Shown here: one piece after another, positions 9,330-18,244 of the stretch
Layout of the letters: each line of letters starts with the position of its first letter
How positions within the stretch are numbered: the stretch's first letter is position 1
DNA from: Candidatus Woesearchaeota archaeon
Lineage (GTDB): Archaea; Nanobdellota; Nanobdellia; Woesearchaeales; JAFCFN01
DNA: 64,000 nucleotides
Assembly: GCA_017608625.1 (NCBI GenBank)
Contig: JAFCFN010000002.1
Span: forward strand, 28,099 to 92,098
Direction: 5' to 3'
Position numbers and translations under genes: made by a program
The notes under the pieces: generated by a model
Databases searched by the model: none
What the model was told of the DNA's origin: nothing
The model's input: the letters and a program-made list of their open reading frames with translations, nothing else

Positions 9330-10312
9330 TTTATTCTCGGATAAATATTAGGTAACATAAATACTTTACTAATCTTAACAGCAATGCCTTTTTCTTTTTT
9401 CATTATTTGCTCTGAGGAAAGCTTTACTGTTCCTAAAGCAATTAATTCATCTTTTAAACTCATAACAGCAACCAAATCGTTTTCTTCAATTCCTGAGTTC
9501 AGTTTGCTTATTCCTGGGATTGCTAAGTCTATGCCATGACATAATGCATTTACTGTACTATCTAAGACCCATATTTTTGGTAAATGTTCTATTGCTTTCT
9601 CAATTGGCTGAATACAGTATCTTAAATATTTTTCATTATTTTCGTTTTTCCAAAAGTGATAAGCGTCTGCCAAATCTTGTAAAGTGATTAAATTGCTTTG
9701 CTCATCAAAACAAGCCACTTTTGTTCTTCTTAGCTCTGACATATGTGCCCCACATCCTAATTTAACTCCAATATCATGAATTAGTTTTCTTACATATGTT
9801 CCTGCTTCACATCCTATCTTTAATAAAACATCTTGGCCATCCATCTCAAGTAACTCAAGATAGTATATCTCTTTCTCTCGTAGTTTTCTTTTGACAGCTG
9901 ATCTTACAGGAGGCAGTTGTTTGATTTTTCCTGTAAATTCTTTTAGAACTGATTTTAGCTTTCCACCAGCAACTAACTTATGTAAATGCATTACAGCAAC
10001 ATATTCCTTACCTGCTTTCAGTAATGTTTGCACTATTCTTGTTGCTCTACCAAGTGCTGTTGGCAAAACTCCTGTTACTTTTGGATCTAGTGTCCCAGAA
10101 TGACCTGCTTTTTCAATATGCAAGATTTTCTGAACATAATCTGAACATTGATGAGATGTTGGACCAGCAGGTTTATCTAGATTTATGATTCCATAATTAA
10201 TCAGCTCTTCTATTGGTCTATTATCCGGATAATTTCCATACTCATTATTTGTTCTTGACCTTTTTTTAACTAAGATTTCTCTTTTTATATTTTCAAAAGG
10301 GAGTTTTGACAT
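9326..10312 (-). CDS. cbf5: H/ACA pseudouridine synthase Cbf5
   Basis: DKPAGPTSHQ, GHSGTLDPKVTG, CEAGTYVRKL and C-terminal PUA domain. Confidence 0.97.
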   Translation of the reverse strand: MSKLPFENIKREILVKKRSRTNNEYGNYPDNRPIEELINYGIINLDKPAGPTSHQCSDYVQKILHIEKAGHSGTLDPKVTGVLPTALGRATRIVQTLLKAGKEYVAVMHLHKLVAGGKLKSVLKEFTGKIKQLPPVRSAVKRKLREKEIYYLELLEMDGQDVLLKIGCEAGTYVRKLIHDIGVKLGCGAHMSELRRTKVACFDEQSNLITLQDLADAYHFWKNENNEKYLRYCIQPIEKAIEHLPKIWVLDSTVNALCHGIDLAIPGISKLNSGIEENDLVAVMSLKDELIALGTVKLSSEQIMKKEKGIAVKISKVFMLPNIYPRIK

Positions 10313-10711
10313 AAGAATTACTGTTTTGGTTTTTATTTATATAAATTGTGCTAAAAACCTGTATCATGCCCACACCAAAAACCAAGCCAATAAAACTCAG
10401 AACAAGATATGTAAAGGCAAATATTGTGGCTAGACCTAGTGTAAGATCATGATATTTTGATAAAAATGTTGAAAATGGTTTTAGTCTAGCAGCCCAATGT
10501 TTATTACAAGAAGTATATGAAGCAGGATAAATATCCCTGCGATAAATGATGTCCAGAATCCAATTGTTTTCCCAAATATCAACATTAAATTATTTTTTAA
10601 TAATGTAAAAGTTGATTTTTTTGTTTTTTATTTTTATAGAGCATGCTTTTCTCCTAAAAAAGAGTATAAAAAAACAATTTATCTATATCTGAAAACAAAA
10701 ATAGAAATATA

Positions 10712-11242
10712 TTATTCCTTTTTAGCAGCTAACTCAGCAGCTGTTGGAACTTTTTCAGGTTTTTTCTCTTTTTCTTCTTCCTTTGGTTTGGTTTCTTCTT
10801 TCTGAGCAGGTTTTTCTTCTTTAACTTTTTCTTCTTTCTTTTCTTTAACATTCTTCTCCTCAGCCTTTGCCTCTTCCTTCTTCTCCTCATTCTTTTCTGC
10901 AGGTTTTGTCTCTTTCTTTTTTTCTTCTTTTGCTTCAGGCTTTTTAGCAACCTCTTTGATAGGTTTACCAATTAACTCTGCCTTAACCAAACCTTTATCA
11001 TCTTTTATAGCATTTATTTTAATATGATGAGGAGGATTTCTCATTCCTCTTTGCCAGATTGCTTCATTAAGATATTTACCAATTTTAATATTGTCTGATT
11101 TCATATGTTTAATTAGAAATTGTTTTAGAGCTGTTATTGCTTTTTTAGCTCTTTTGTATTTTGGAACTTTAAGCCATTCTTTTCTAAGAGGAACATTATA
11201 AGTTCTTTCCAATACTATTTTTGGAGTTGTTTCTTTTGCCAT
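10712..11242 (-). CDS. rpl31e: 50S ribosomal protein L31e with long Lys/Glu-rich C-terminal tail
   Basis: ERTYNVPLRK, RAKKAI and IWQRGMRNPP motifs followed by low-complexity tail. Confidence 0.95.
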   Translation of the reverse strand: MAKETTPKIVLERTYNVPLRKEWLKVPKYKRAKKAITALKQFLIKHMKSDNIKIGKYLNEAIWQRGMRNPPHHIKINAIKDDKGLVKAELIGKPIKEVAKKPEAKEEKKKETKPAEKNEEKKEEAKAEEKNVKEKKEEKVKEEKPAQKEETKPKEEEKEKKPEKVPTAAELAAKKE

Positions 11243-11308
11243 AACCGTTAGCCAGTTAACGTCTGGGGAACATTGTTTGTTTGTTCGCTTAGTTCCCCTT
11301 TGTTAACC
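11243..11308 (-). repeat. Structured dispersed repeat, family A, copy 1 (between SD and ATG of rpl31e)
   Basis: GGTTAAC-AAA-GGGGAAC-N20-GTTCCCC-AGAC-GTTAACT-GGCTAAC-GGTT, immediately followed by ATG. Confidence 0.9.
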
Positions 11309-11322
11309 TTTACCTCCTTTCA

Positions 11323-11496
11323 TTATGCTTTTATTTTAGTTCTTCTCCAAGATCTTTTAACAGCAGTATGCCTGCCAGGATGAATTCTTCTGCCTTTACC
11401 ATAAATCTTTGGAACTGTCCAAAAAGGCGCCCATTTTGTTTGTTTGTGGGCTTTTGCAAGTCTCAGCTTTTTTGCTTTTGGTTTATACTTTGCCAT
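11323..11496 (-). CDS. rpl39e: 50S ribosomal protein L39e (not in ORF track)
   Basis: Hand translation MAKYKPKAKKLRLAKAHKQTKWAPFWTVPKIYGKGRRIHPGRHTAVKRSWRRTKIKA; sits between rps19e and rpl31e. Confidence 0.9.
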   Translation of the reverse strand: MAKYKPKAKKLRLAKAHKQTKWAPFWTVPKIYGKGRRIHPGRHTAVKRSWRRTKIKA

Positions 11497-11497
11497 T

Positions 11498-12052
11498 TTA
11501 GGATTTCTTTTCTTCAGTTCCTTTCTTCTTTCTTGGTCTGCCTCTTTTCTTTTTTGGTTTTTCTTCTTTTTCTGCCTTCTCTTTTTCTGGTTTTTCTTTT
11601 TTCTTTTTCTCTTTTCTTGCTATTGGTTTGCCAGTAATTTGAGAGACTATATTAAGCAAAAATGAATTTCCTTTAACTGTAAGAATTCTTCCTTTATGAA
11701 CTCCTTTTTGAGCTTGTTTTATTAGACCAGCTTTCTCTAGAGCTTGCAAAATTTTTCTGATTATGTTTCCGGATCCTTTATAGAAATGTTCTGGTTTATG
11801 GCCTCTTCTTTTTCTGCCACCAAACTTTGTCCTCAATTTACTAACTCCCACTGGACCTAACAAAGCTATCTTTCTCAATACAGCTGCAGCTCTTATATAC
11901 CACCAGTCTGGGTCTACAGGAGGTCTTTCTTTATGCATTCCTGTTTTTACAAAAGCTGCCCATCTAGGTGGTTTTAGTTCTGGCAGTTTCTTAAGTTCTT
12001 CTGCTGCTTTTTTTATTAATTGATCAGCGTTTACTTCATGTATTGTTGTCAT
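11498..12052 (-). CDS. rps19e: 30S ribosomal protein S19e with basic tail
   Basis: WAAFVKTG, ERPP and DWWYIRAAAVLRK motifs. Confidence 0.97.
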   Translation of the reverse strand: MTTIHEVNADQLIKKAAEELKKLPELKPPRWAAFVKTGMHKERPPVDPDWWYIRAAAVLRKIALLGPVGVSKLRTKFGGRKRRGHKPEHFYKGSGNIIRKILQALEKAGLIKQAQKGVHKGRILTVKGNSFLLNIVSQITGKPIARKEKKKKEKPEKEKAEKEEKPKKKRGRPRKKKGTEEKKS

Positions 12053-12170
12053 ATTCCTCGTTTAGACGAAAAACTGTCTATATATAAATATTCCTATTAG
12101 AACCTCTAAACCCGGTTGAAGGGTTTTTCTTAAACTTTAAAAATGTTTCGGAAAATTTATATATCCAATA

Positions 12171-12503
12171 ATGTGTTTTTTTAATATGGCATTAAATAAA
12201 GATTCTGATGTAGGAGCACTTTATAAAAGAGAAGCAAAAATCGTTTATAAAATTACATGTAAAAAATGTAGTGGAAAAGGAGAGACATATAATTTATGCT
12301 CTTTAATTAATGGAAATATGTATGCAATGAACCAGGCTGGTTTGATATCTAACCATTTTTTGAATACTCAGATAATCAACACTAAAATTTGCCCTATGAA
12401 GAAGATAAAGGGCTATTATCCAAGAATTAATTTCTTAAGTAAAATAATACAATTTGAACTTGAAAAGGATAGATTTAAAAATTCCCTTGAGAATAAAATA
12501 TAA
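12171..12503 (+). CDS. Hypothetical protein with CxxC motif
   Basis: 110-aa ORF abutting lhr; CKKCSG. Confidence 0.5.
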   Translation: MCFFNMALNKDSDVGALYKREAKIVYKITCKKCSGKGETYNLCSLINGNMYAMNQAGLISNHFLNTQIINTKICPMKKIKGYYPRINFLSKIIQFELEKDRFKNSLENKI

Positions 12504-15095
12504 ATGCTCAGTTTTCTGAACAAACCTTACAAAAAAGAACAACTCACTAAAATACTAAACCCAACTGTAAAGAAGTGGTTTTTTTCTAAGTTTAAAGATT
12601 ATTCTTTACCTCAACTATATGGTGTTATGGAAATCCACAAAAGGAATAACATCTTGATCTCAGCTCCAACAGGAGGAACAAAAACACTAACTGCTTTTTT
12701 ATCAATATTGAATGAGCTTGTTGATTCTGCTGAAAAAGGAATTTTAGAGGACAAAGTTTACTGTGTTTATGTTTCTCCTCTTAAAGCATTAAATGAAGAT
12801 ATTAAAGTTAATTTAATAGAACCATTAAAAGAGATAGAAGGGATTGCAGAAAAAAGATTAGGCATAAGGATAGCAGTAAGAACAGGAGATACTCCTGTAT
12901 CTGAGAGAGCAAAGATGACCAAAAAACCTCCTCATATTTTGATTACAACTCCTGAAAGTTTAGCTATATTGTTAACTTCAACCAAATTTAGAGAGCATTT
13001 AAAGCAAGTTGATTGGTGCATTGTTGATGAAATTCATAGCTTGGCAGAAAGCAAAAGAGGAGTTCATTTGAGTTTAAGTTTAGAAAGGTTGCAGTATCTT
13101 TGTGGCTATATGACAAGAATTGGGTTATCAGCAACAATAGCTCCTCTAGAAGAGATTGCGAAATATTTAGTTGGTTATGAAAATAATGAACCAAGAGATT
13201 GTAAAATAGTTGATGTCCAATTCACAAAAAAGATGGGCCTCAAGGTTTTGTGTCCTGTTAAAGACTTAGTTAATACAACCGGGGATGAGATGCATAACAA
13301 TCTTTACCAGTTAATACATGATCTGGTACAAAAACACAGAACAACCCTTATTTTTACTAACACTAGAGCAGCTACAGAAAGAGTTGTTTATAACCTAAAA
13401 GATATGTTCCCCCAATTTTATAATGAAGAAAATATAGGTGCTCATCATGGAAGCTTGGGAAAATATAAGCGACACAGAATAGAAGACAGATTGAGGAAAG
13501 GGCTAATGAAGTGCGTTGTAAGCTCTACTTCTCTAGAACTAGGAATTGATATAGGATATATTGATTTAGTTATTTGTTTGACTTCACCAAAATCAATAGC
13601 AAGATTAGCACAGAGATTGGGAAGAAGTGGACATAGGTTACATGAAACAATAAAGGGAAGATTGATTGTAATGGATAGAGATGATTTAGTTGAGTGTGCT
13701 GTTATGCTAAAAAATGTGTTGGAAAGAAAGATTGATAGAGTGCATATTCCTACTAATTGTTTGGATGTTCTTGCTCAGCAGATAGATGGTATTGCTTTAG
13801 AACAGGTTTGGGAAGTAAAGGAGCTGTTTAAATTAGTAAAGCAGAGTTATAATTATCGTGAACTTTCTAAAAAAGATTTTGATGCTGTAATCGATTATTT
13901 GGCTGGAGAGTACAGTAGTTTGGAAGACAGACATGTTTATGCAAAAATATGGCATAAAGAGGGTAAAATTGGAAGAAGAGGAAAATTGGGCAGAGTAATT
14001 TATATGACAAATATAGGAACAATACCTGATGAAACCTATGTTACAGTAAAAATTGGTAATCAAGTAGTTGGTAAGATTGATGAAGCATTTTTGGAGAGGC
14101 TGAAAAAAGGAGATGTTTTTGTTTTAGGAGGAGAAAAATATGAGTTCTTATACAGCAAAGGAATGACCTGCCAAGTTAATGCCTCCACTTATAGACCACC
14201 AACAATTCCTAGCTGGTATTCAGAGATGTTGCCTTTAAGCTTTGATTTGGCTTTGGAAATAGGAAAATTCAGAAGATTAATAGAAGATAAACTAAATGCT
14301 GGAAAAGGTAAAAAAGAGATTGTAGAGTTTATTAATAATTATTTGTATGTTGATAAGAACTCTGCAAACGAGATTTATAATTATATAAAAGAGCAGTATC
14401 TCTATGCTTCTGTTGCTCATGATAAAAAGATTGTTATGGAGAATTATAGTGAGAACAACAAAAAATATGTTATTTTTCATTCTTTGTTTGGCAGAAGAGT
14501 GAATGATTGTTTAAGCAGAGTTATTGGATATGCTGTTGGAAAATTAAGAGGTAGAGATGTTGAGATAGGTGTGAATGATAATGGTTTTTATATTGCGTCT
14601 GATAAAGTATTATTGATAAAACCTGTTTTGAAGTTGCTGAAAAGTTCAAGATTAAGAGAACTAGCAGAACTTGCTATTAATAGAACAGAGGTCTTAAACA
14701 GGAGATTTAGACATTGTGCAGCAAGGGCTTTAATGATTTTGAGAGAGTACATGGGTAAACATAAGAGGGTTGGAAGGCAACAGACAACTGCTATGATTTT
14801 GATTAATGCTGTTAAAAGGATTAGCAAAGATTTCCCTATTTTGAAAGAAGCAAGAAGAGAAGTTTTGGAAGATTTAATGGATATAGAAAATGCAACAAGG
14901 ATTTTAAAAGAAATTGAAGCAGGAAAAATAAAAATTGAGGAAATAAATACAACAACTCCTTCTCCATTTGCATTCAATTTAATAATGCAGGGCTATACTG
15001 ATATCTTAAAGATGGAAGACAGAATAGAGTTCTTAAAGAAACTGCATTCTTATGTGTTGGCAAAGATTGGAAAAACAACATCTTTGCAAGATTAG
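12504..15095 (+). CDS. lhr: Lhr-core ATP-dependent helicase
   Basis: APTGGTKT, VDEIH, IGLSAT, SSTSLELGIDIG and QRLGRSGH motifs; 863 aa. Confidence 0.95.
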   Translation: MLSFLNKPYKKEQLTKILNPTVKKWFFSKFKDYSLPQLYGVMEIHKRNNILISAPTGGTKTLTAFLSILNELVDSAEKGILEDKVYCVYVSPLKALNEDIKVNLIEPLKEIEGIAEKRLGIRIAVRTGDTPVSERAKMTKKPPHILITTPESLAILLTSTKFREHLKQVDWCIVDEIHSLAESKRGVHLSLSLERLQYLCGYMTRIGLSATIAPLEEIAKYLVGYENNEPRDCKIVDVQFTKKMGLKVLCPVKDLVNTTGDEMHNNLYQLIHDLVQKHRTTLIFTNTRAATERVVYNLKDMFPQFYNEENIGAHHGSLGKYKRHRIEDRLRKGLMKCVVSSTSLELGIDIGYIDLVICLTSPKSIARLAQRLGRSGHRLHETIKGRLIVMDRDDLVECAVMLKNVLERKIDRVHIPTNCLDVLAQQIDGIALEQVWEVKELFKLVKQSYNYRELSKKDFDAVIDYLAGEYSSLEDRHVYAKIWHKEGKIGRRGKLGRVIYMTNIGTIPDETYVTVKIGNQVVGKIDEAFLERLKKGDVFVLGGEKYEFLYSKGMTCQVNASTYRPPTIPSWYSEMLPLSFDLALEIGKFRRLIEDKLNAGKGKKEIVEFINNYLYVDKNSANEIYNYIKEQYLYASVAHDKKIVMENYSENNKKYVIFHSLFGRRVNDCLSRVIGYAVGKLRGRDVEIGVNDNGFYIASDKVLLIKPVLKLLKSSRLRELAELAINRTEVLNRRFRHCAARALMILREYMGKHKRVGRQQTTAMILINAVKRISKDFPILKEARREVLEDLMDIENATRILKEIEAGKIKIEEINTTTPSPFAFNLIMQGYTDILKMEDRIEFLKKLHSYVLAKIGKTTSLQD

Positions 15096-15134
15096 AAAAT
15101 TTTTTAAATAAAATCATATTATATAAAACTAACG

Positions 15135-15575
15135 GTGGTCGAGAGCCATTACAAGGCAAAACCTTATACATACAAGTTTCATTCTGCAATGTTTGGGGTA
15201 GACAGTAAACTCCTTAATAATAGCAAAAGGCTAGAACAAATTCTTGTTGAAGCATCTAATATAGAAGGATATACTATTGTTGATAAAGCTGTTTACCAAC
15301 ATAAACCGCAAGGTGTTAGTGTCTCAGTTATAATTGAAGAGTCTTACCTAACTATTCAAACATGGCCCGAATATAATTCATTAATACTTGATATATCTAG
15401 TTGTGCAGGACCACCAATAAAAGCTTTTGAATACATATTGAAATCTTGTAAACCTAGACTATTTAATTTTAAAGACGATATTATATCAGTAAGAGAAGAT
15501 ATCGCTAAAAATCTGTATGAGTTTAATGAAGGAGTCTTAAAAAATAGACATTATTTAAATGGGAAAAAATTATAA
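15135..15575 (+). CDS. Pyruvoyl-dependent AdoMet decarboxylase-like protein (class 1B fold), divergent
   Basis: PQGVSVSVIIEESYLTIQTWPE and DISSC align to the GVS...AESHISIHTWPE...DVFTC pattern. Confidence 0.75.
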   Translation: MVESHYKAKPYTYKFHSAMFGVDSKLLNNSKRLEQILVEASNIEGYTIVDKAVYQHKPQGVSVSVIIEESYLTIQTWPEYNSLILDISSCAGPPIKAFEYILKSCKPRLFNFKDDIISVREDIAKNLYEFNEGVLKNRHYLNGKKL

Positions 15576-15598
15576 AAAGCATTGACATTAGGATTTCT

Positions 15599-16300
15599 AT
15601 GAATTTAATTAAAGGAATAAAGATAATTGATTTAGCATTATTTCTGGAGAAGAAAAAAACATTAATTATAGCAGATTTACATATAGGATATGAAGAAGCA
15701 TTAAATAAGCAGGGGATGCTTGTGCCTAGGTTTCAGTTTAAAGAGATTTGTCAAAGACTGATGAATATTTTAGAAAAAACAAAGCCAGAAATTGTTATTA
15801 TTAATGGCGACTTGAAGCATGAGTTTGGAACTATTTCTGAGCAAGAATGGAGAGAAACTTTGAAAATTTTAGATTTAATTTCTAAGTATTGTAAAAAGAT
15901 AATCTTGATCAAAGGAAATCATGACACCATTTTGGGGCCAATAGCAAAAAAGAGAAATATAGAAGTTGTTGAGGATTATAAAATAAATAATCTTCTTATT
16001 TTACACGGACATAAATTAGTTAAAACAAATGCTGAAACATTAATTATTGGACATGAACATCCTGCTATTTCTTTAAGAAAAGGTTTAAGGCAGGAAAAAT
16101 TCAAATGTTTCTTAAAAGGCAAATATAAAAGAAAAAATTTGATTGTTATGCCCAGTTTTTGCTTGGTTACAGAAGGAACTGACATACAAAAAGAAGAATT
16201 ATTAAGCCCATATCTTCAACAAAGTTTGGATGATTTTGATATTTATGTTGTTGCAGAAGGTAAGGTATATGAATTTGGAAAGGTTAAAAATTTAAAGTAA
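15599..16300 (+). CDS. Lhr-associated metallophosphoesterase
   Basis: IADLHIG, NGDLKH, KGNHD, LHGH and GHEHP motifs. Confidence 0.92.
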   Translation: MNLIKGIKIIDLALFLEKKKTLIIADLHIGYEEALNKQGMLVPRFQFKEICQRLMNILEKTKPEIVIINGDLKHEFGTISEQEWRETLKILDLISKYCKKIILIKGNHDTILGPIAKKRNIEVVEDYKINNLLILHGHKLVKTNAETLIIGHEHPAISLRKGLRQEKFKCFLKGKYKRKNLIVMPSFCLVTEGTDIQKEELLSPYLQQSLDDFDIYVVAEGKVYEFGKVKNLK

Positions 16301-16798
16301 CTCATAATTAAGTATCTTGTTTAACTTTTCTTTATCAGGCACTAATTCATGTAAATGGCCTCCTGGAATTAATTTTCCTCCTGATTCTAAATAAGAAGCA
16401 TACTGTCTTATGCTTTCAGGATCATCTGGATTAACTAAGTAATTAAGATAAAACCATGCAATTAAATCCTGAGAATAAGCAAAACAGTTGGTTATTCTAC
16501 AGAATAAAGGTTTAACTTCATGTATCTTACATCCTTCAACTTTGTCAAAAAATATACATTGACCATAAGGTTTATCACCTTTTATCATGATAGGTTTGAA
16601 CACTTTTGTATGAAAAAGCTCATGCTCTGTTAAATGAGTTTTGATAAACAAGTCTTTATCCATTTTGAGAAATTCAGCTATTCTGTCTATGTCTTCCTCG
16701 ATCATAAAACCAGAATTGAATCTACAGCAGTGTCCACATCTATTGCAAGGTTTGCCTATCTCTAGTATTTTACTTAAAGGAGTTGATCTTGTGATCAT
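16292..16798 (-). CDS. YkgJ-family CxxCxxCC cysteine-cluster protein
   Basis: CNRCGHCC and CIFF...CKIHEVKPLFCR motifs. Confidence 0.88.
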   Translation of the reverse strand: MITRSTPLSKILEIGKPCNRCGHCCRFNSGFMIEEDIDRIAEFLKMDKDLFIKTHLTEHELFHTKVFKPIMIKGDKPYGQCIFFDKVEGCKIHEVKPLFCRITNCFAYSQDLIAWFYLNYLVNPDDPESIRQYASYLESGGKLIPGGHLHELVPDKEKLNKILNYELL

Positions 16799-17232
16799 TC
16801 TACTTTAATTTTTTTCTTAACTTTAATTTTTTTCTTTGCTTTTGGTATTTTTATTTTTAAAATTCCCTGTTTATATTCTGATTTTGCTTTTGATGGCTCA
16901 ACCAAACAAGGCAGTGTTAAAACCCTGTAAAATCCTTTATAGCTTCTTTCTTGCTTGTAAAAATCCTTTCTCTTTATCTCCTTTTCTGCCTTTTTCTGAG
17001 CCTTGATTTCTACTTTATCTTCTTCAATAGTAAGAATTATGTCTTCTTTGTTTATTCCGGGCAATTCAGCTGTAACTATAACATTATTTTCTGTTTCAAG
17101 AACATCTATTAAAGGTTGTCTTAATTCAGGCAATTTTGGTGTTGGTAATCTAGGAAATGTTGTTTCAAATCTCTCGAATAGTTTGTCCATCTGCTTTCGT
17201 ATTCTTTTGAACTCTTCAAAAGGATCCCACAT
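16795..17232 (-). CDS. Small heat-shock protein Hsp20
   Basis: WDPFEE, ELPGINKEDI, ERSYKGFYR and YKQGILKI motifs; C-terminal IKVE. Confidence 0.95.
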   Translation of the reverse strand: MWDPFEEFKRIRKQMDKLFERFETTFPRLPTPKLPELRQPLIDVLETENNVIVTAELPGINKEDIILTIEEDKVEIKAQKKAEKEIKRKDFYKQERSYKGFYRVLTLPCLVEPSKAKSEYKQGILKIKIPKAKKKIKVKKKIKVE

Positions 17233-17309
17233 ACTATCACCTCTTTTTGATTAATTATAAGAATACTCAAATATAAAGCTTTTGGAATAAAAAAATAAAG
17301 AAAAAGACT

Positions 17310-17477
17310 TTATTCCTCAGAAGGTGATTCTTCTGAAGGAGCTTCTTCTGAAGGTTGTTCTTCAGAAGGTTGTTCTTCAGAAGGTTGTTCTGAAGGTTCT
17401 TCTGAAGGTTGTTCTTCAGAAGGCTCTTCCGTCGGTTCTTGTGTTGGCTCTTGTGGAGCCTCTTGTCCTTCTTCCAT
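17310..17477 (-). CDS. Small acidic E/P/S/Q repeat protein (55 aa)
   Basis: GGAGGT SD 7 nt upstream of ATG 17477; 12-15 nt tandem units encode (E)EQPSE. Confidence 0.6.
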   Translation of the reverse strand: MEEGQEAPQEPTQEPTEEPSEEQPSEEPSEQPSEEQPSEEQPSEEAPSEESPSEE

Positions 17478-17564
17478 GATTATTACCTCCATTGTATTTA
17501 TTTATATTAAAAAACTAATATAGTTCATTTAAAAAGATTTTGGTGTTATAGAATATATAAAAAT

Positions 17565-18083
17565 TTATTTTTTGATTCTGCTTTTTCTTCCAGCAGATGT
17601 TAAACCTCTAAATACTCTTCTTGTATGTTGAGGCTCAGTTATCCAAGAAATAGTTTTATCTGATAGAATTGCTGGATGAGATTTATCAACTAAAATAACT
17701 TCATACCAGTAATAAAGAGGGTCTTTTCCAACCCAATAAGAATTTAATACCTCACAATTGGGATATTTTTTTGCTGCTCTTTCTTCTGCTATTTGCTGAT
17801 AATTCTTAATTAAAGTCATTCTTAGATGATATCGCTTGCTTCTTCTTCCTTTTCTTCCAACATGAGTTCTTCTGTGACCTCCTCTTCTAACCCTTTGTCT
17901 AACTATAATAAAACCCTGTTTTGCTCTATAGCCAAGAGATCTTGCTCTGTCTAATCTTGTTGGTCTTTCTAATCTAACTGTTGCAGGCTGTTTTCTCCAC
18001 TCTCTAATCCTTTCTTTATACAACTCACCAAGATTCTCCTTTGGCTGATTCCATAGTTGTCTTATATATTTGTATACACCCAT
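17565..18083 (-). CDS. rpl15e: 50S ribosomal protein L15e
   Basis: [18 protein letters not shown] and LNSYWVG motifs; start placed at MGVYKY. Confidence 0.96.
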   Translation of the reverse strand: MGVYKYIRQLWNQPKENLGELYKERIREWRKQPATVRLERPTRLDRARSLGYRAKQGFIIVRQRVRRGGHRRTHVGRKGRRSKRYHLRMTLIKNYQQIAEERAAKKYPNCEVLNSYWVGKDPLYYWYEVILVDKSHPAILSDKTISWITEPQHTRRVFRGLTSAGRKSRIKK

Positions 18084-18121
18084 AGAATGATTAGAAAATG
18101 GAGAGGATTTAAAAAGGTTTT

Positions 18122-18166
18122 GAAAATCCAAAGGATTTTCAAGAGCTTAGAAAATCTTTGATTTTC
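18122..18166. repeat. AT-rich double-hairpin repeat, family B, copy 1
   Basis: GAAAATCC-AAA-GGATTTTC-N8-AGAAAATCTTTGATTTTC; related copy at 30758-30803. Confidence 0.8.
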
Positions 18167-18244
18167 GTAAGGTTTTGGATGAAGTTTTTCTAGAAAGCAA
18201 AAATATTTATATTAACATCAATTAATTAAAGTCGAGGTGGTTAG

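Noticed and set aside
9326-10312. BHB intron in cbf5, as known in some crenarchaea
   Set aside because: The ORF is continuous through the N-terminal motifs
11243-11308. Leader element as a strict BHB mRNA intron
   Set aside because: The best register (helix GUUA/UAAC) leaves the flanking helices unpaired; splicing is kept only as an untested hypothesis
10729-11665. Alternative-frame and antisense ORFs rich in K/R or F/L/S (10729-10971, 11368-11637, 11444-11665)
   Set aside because: By-products of low-complexity K/E tails and of rpl39e/rps19e on the coding strand
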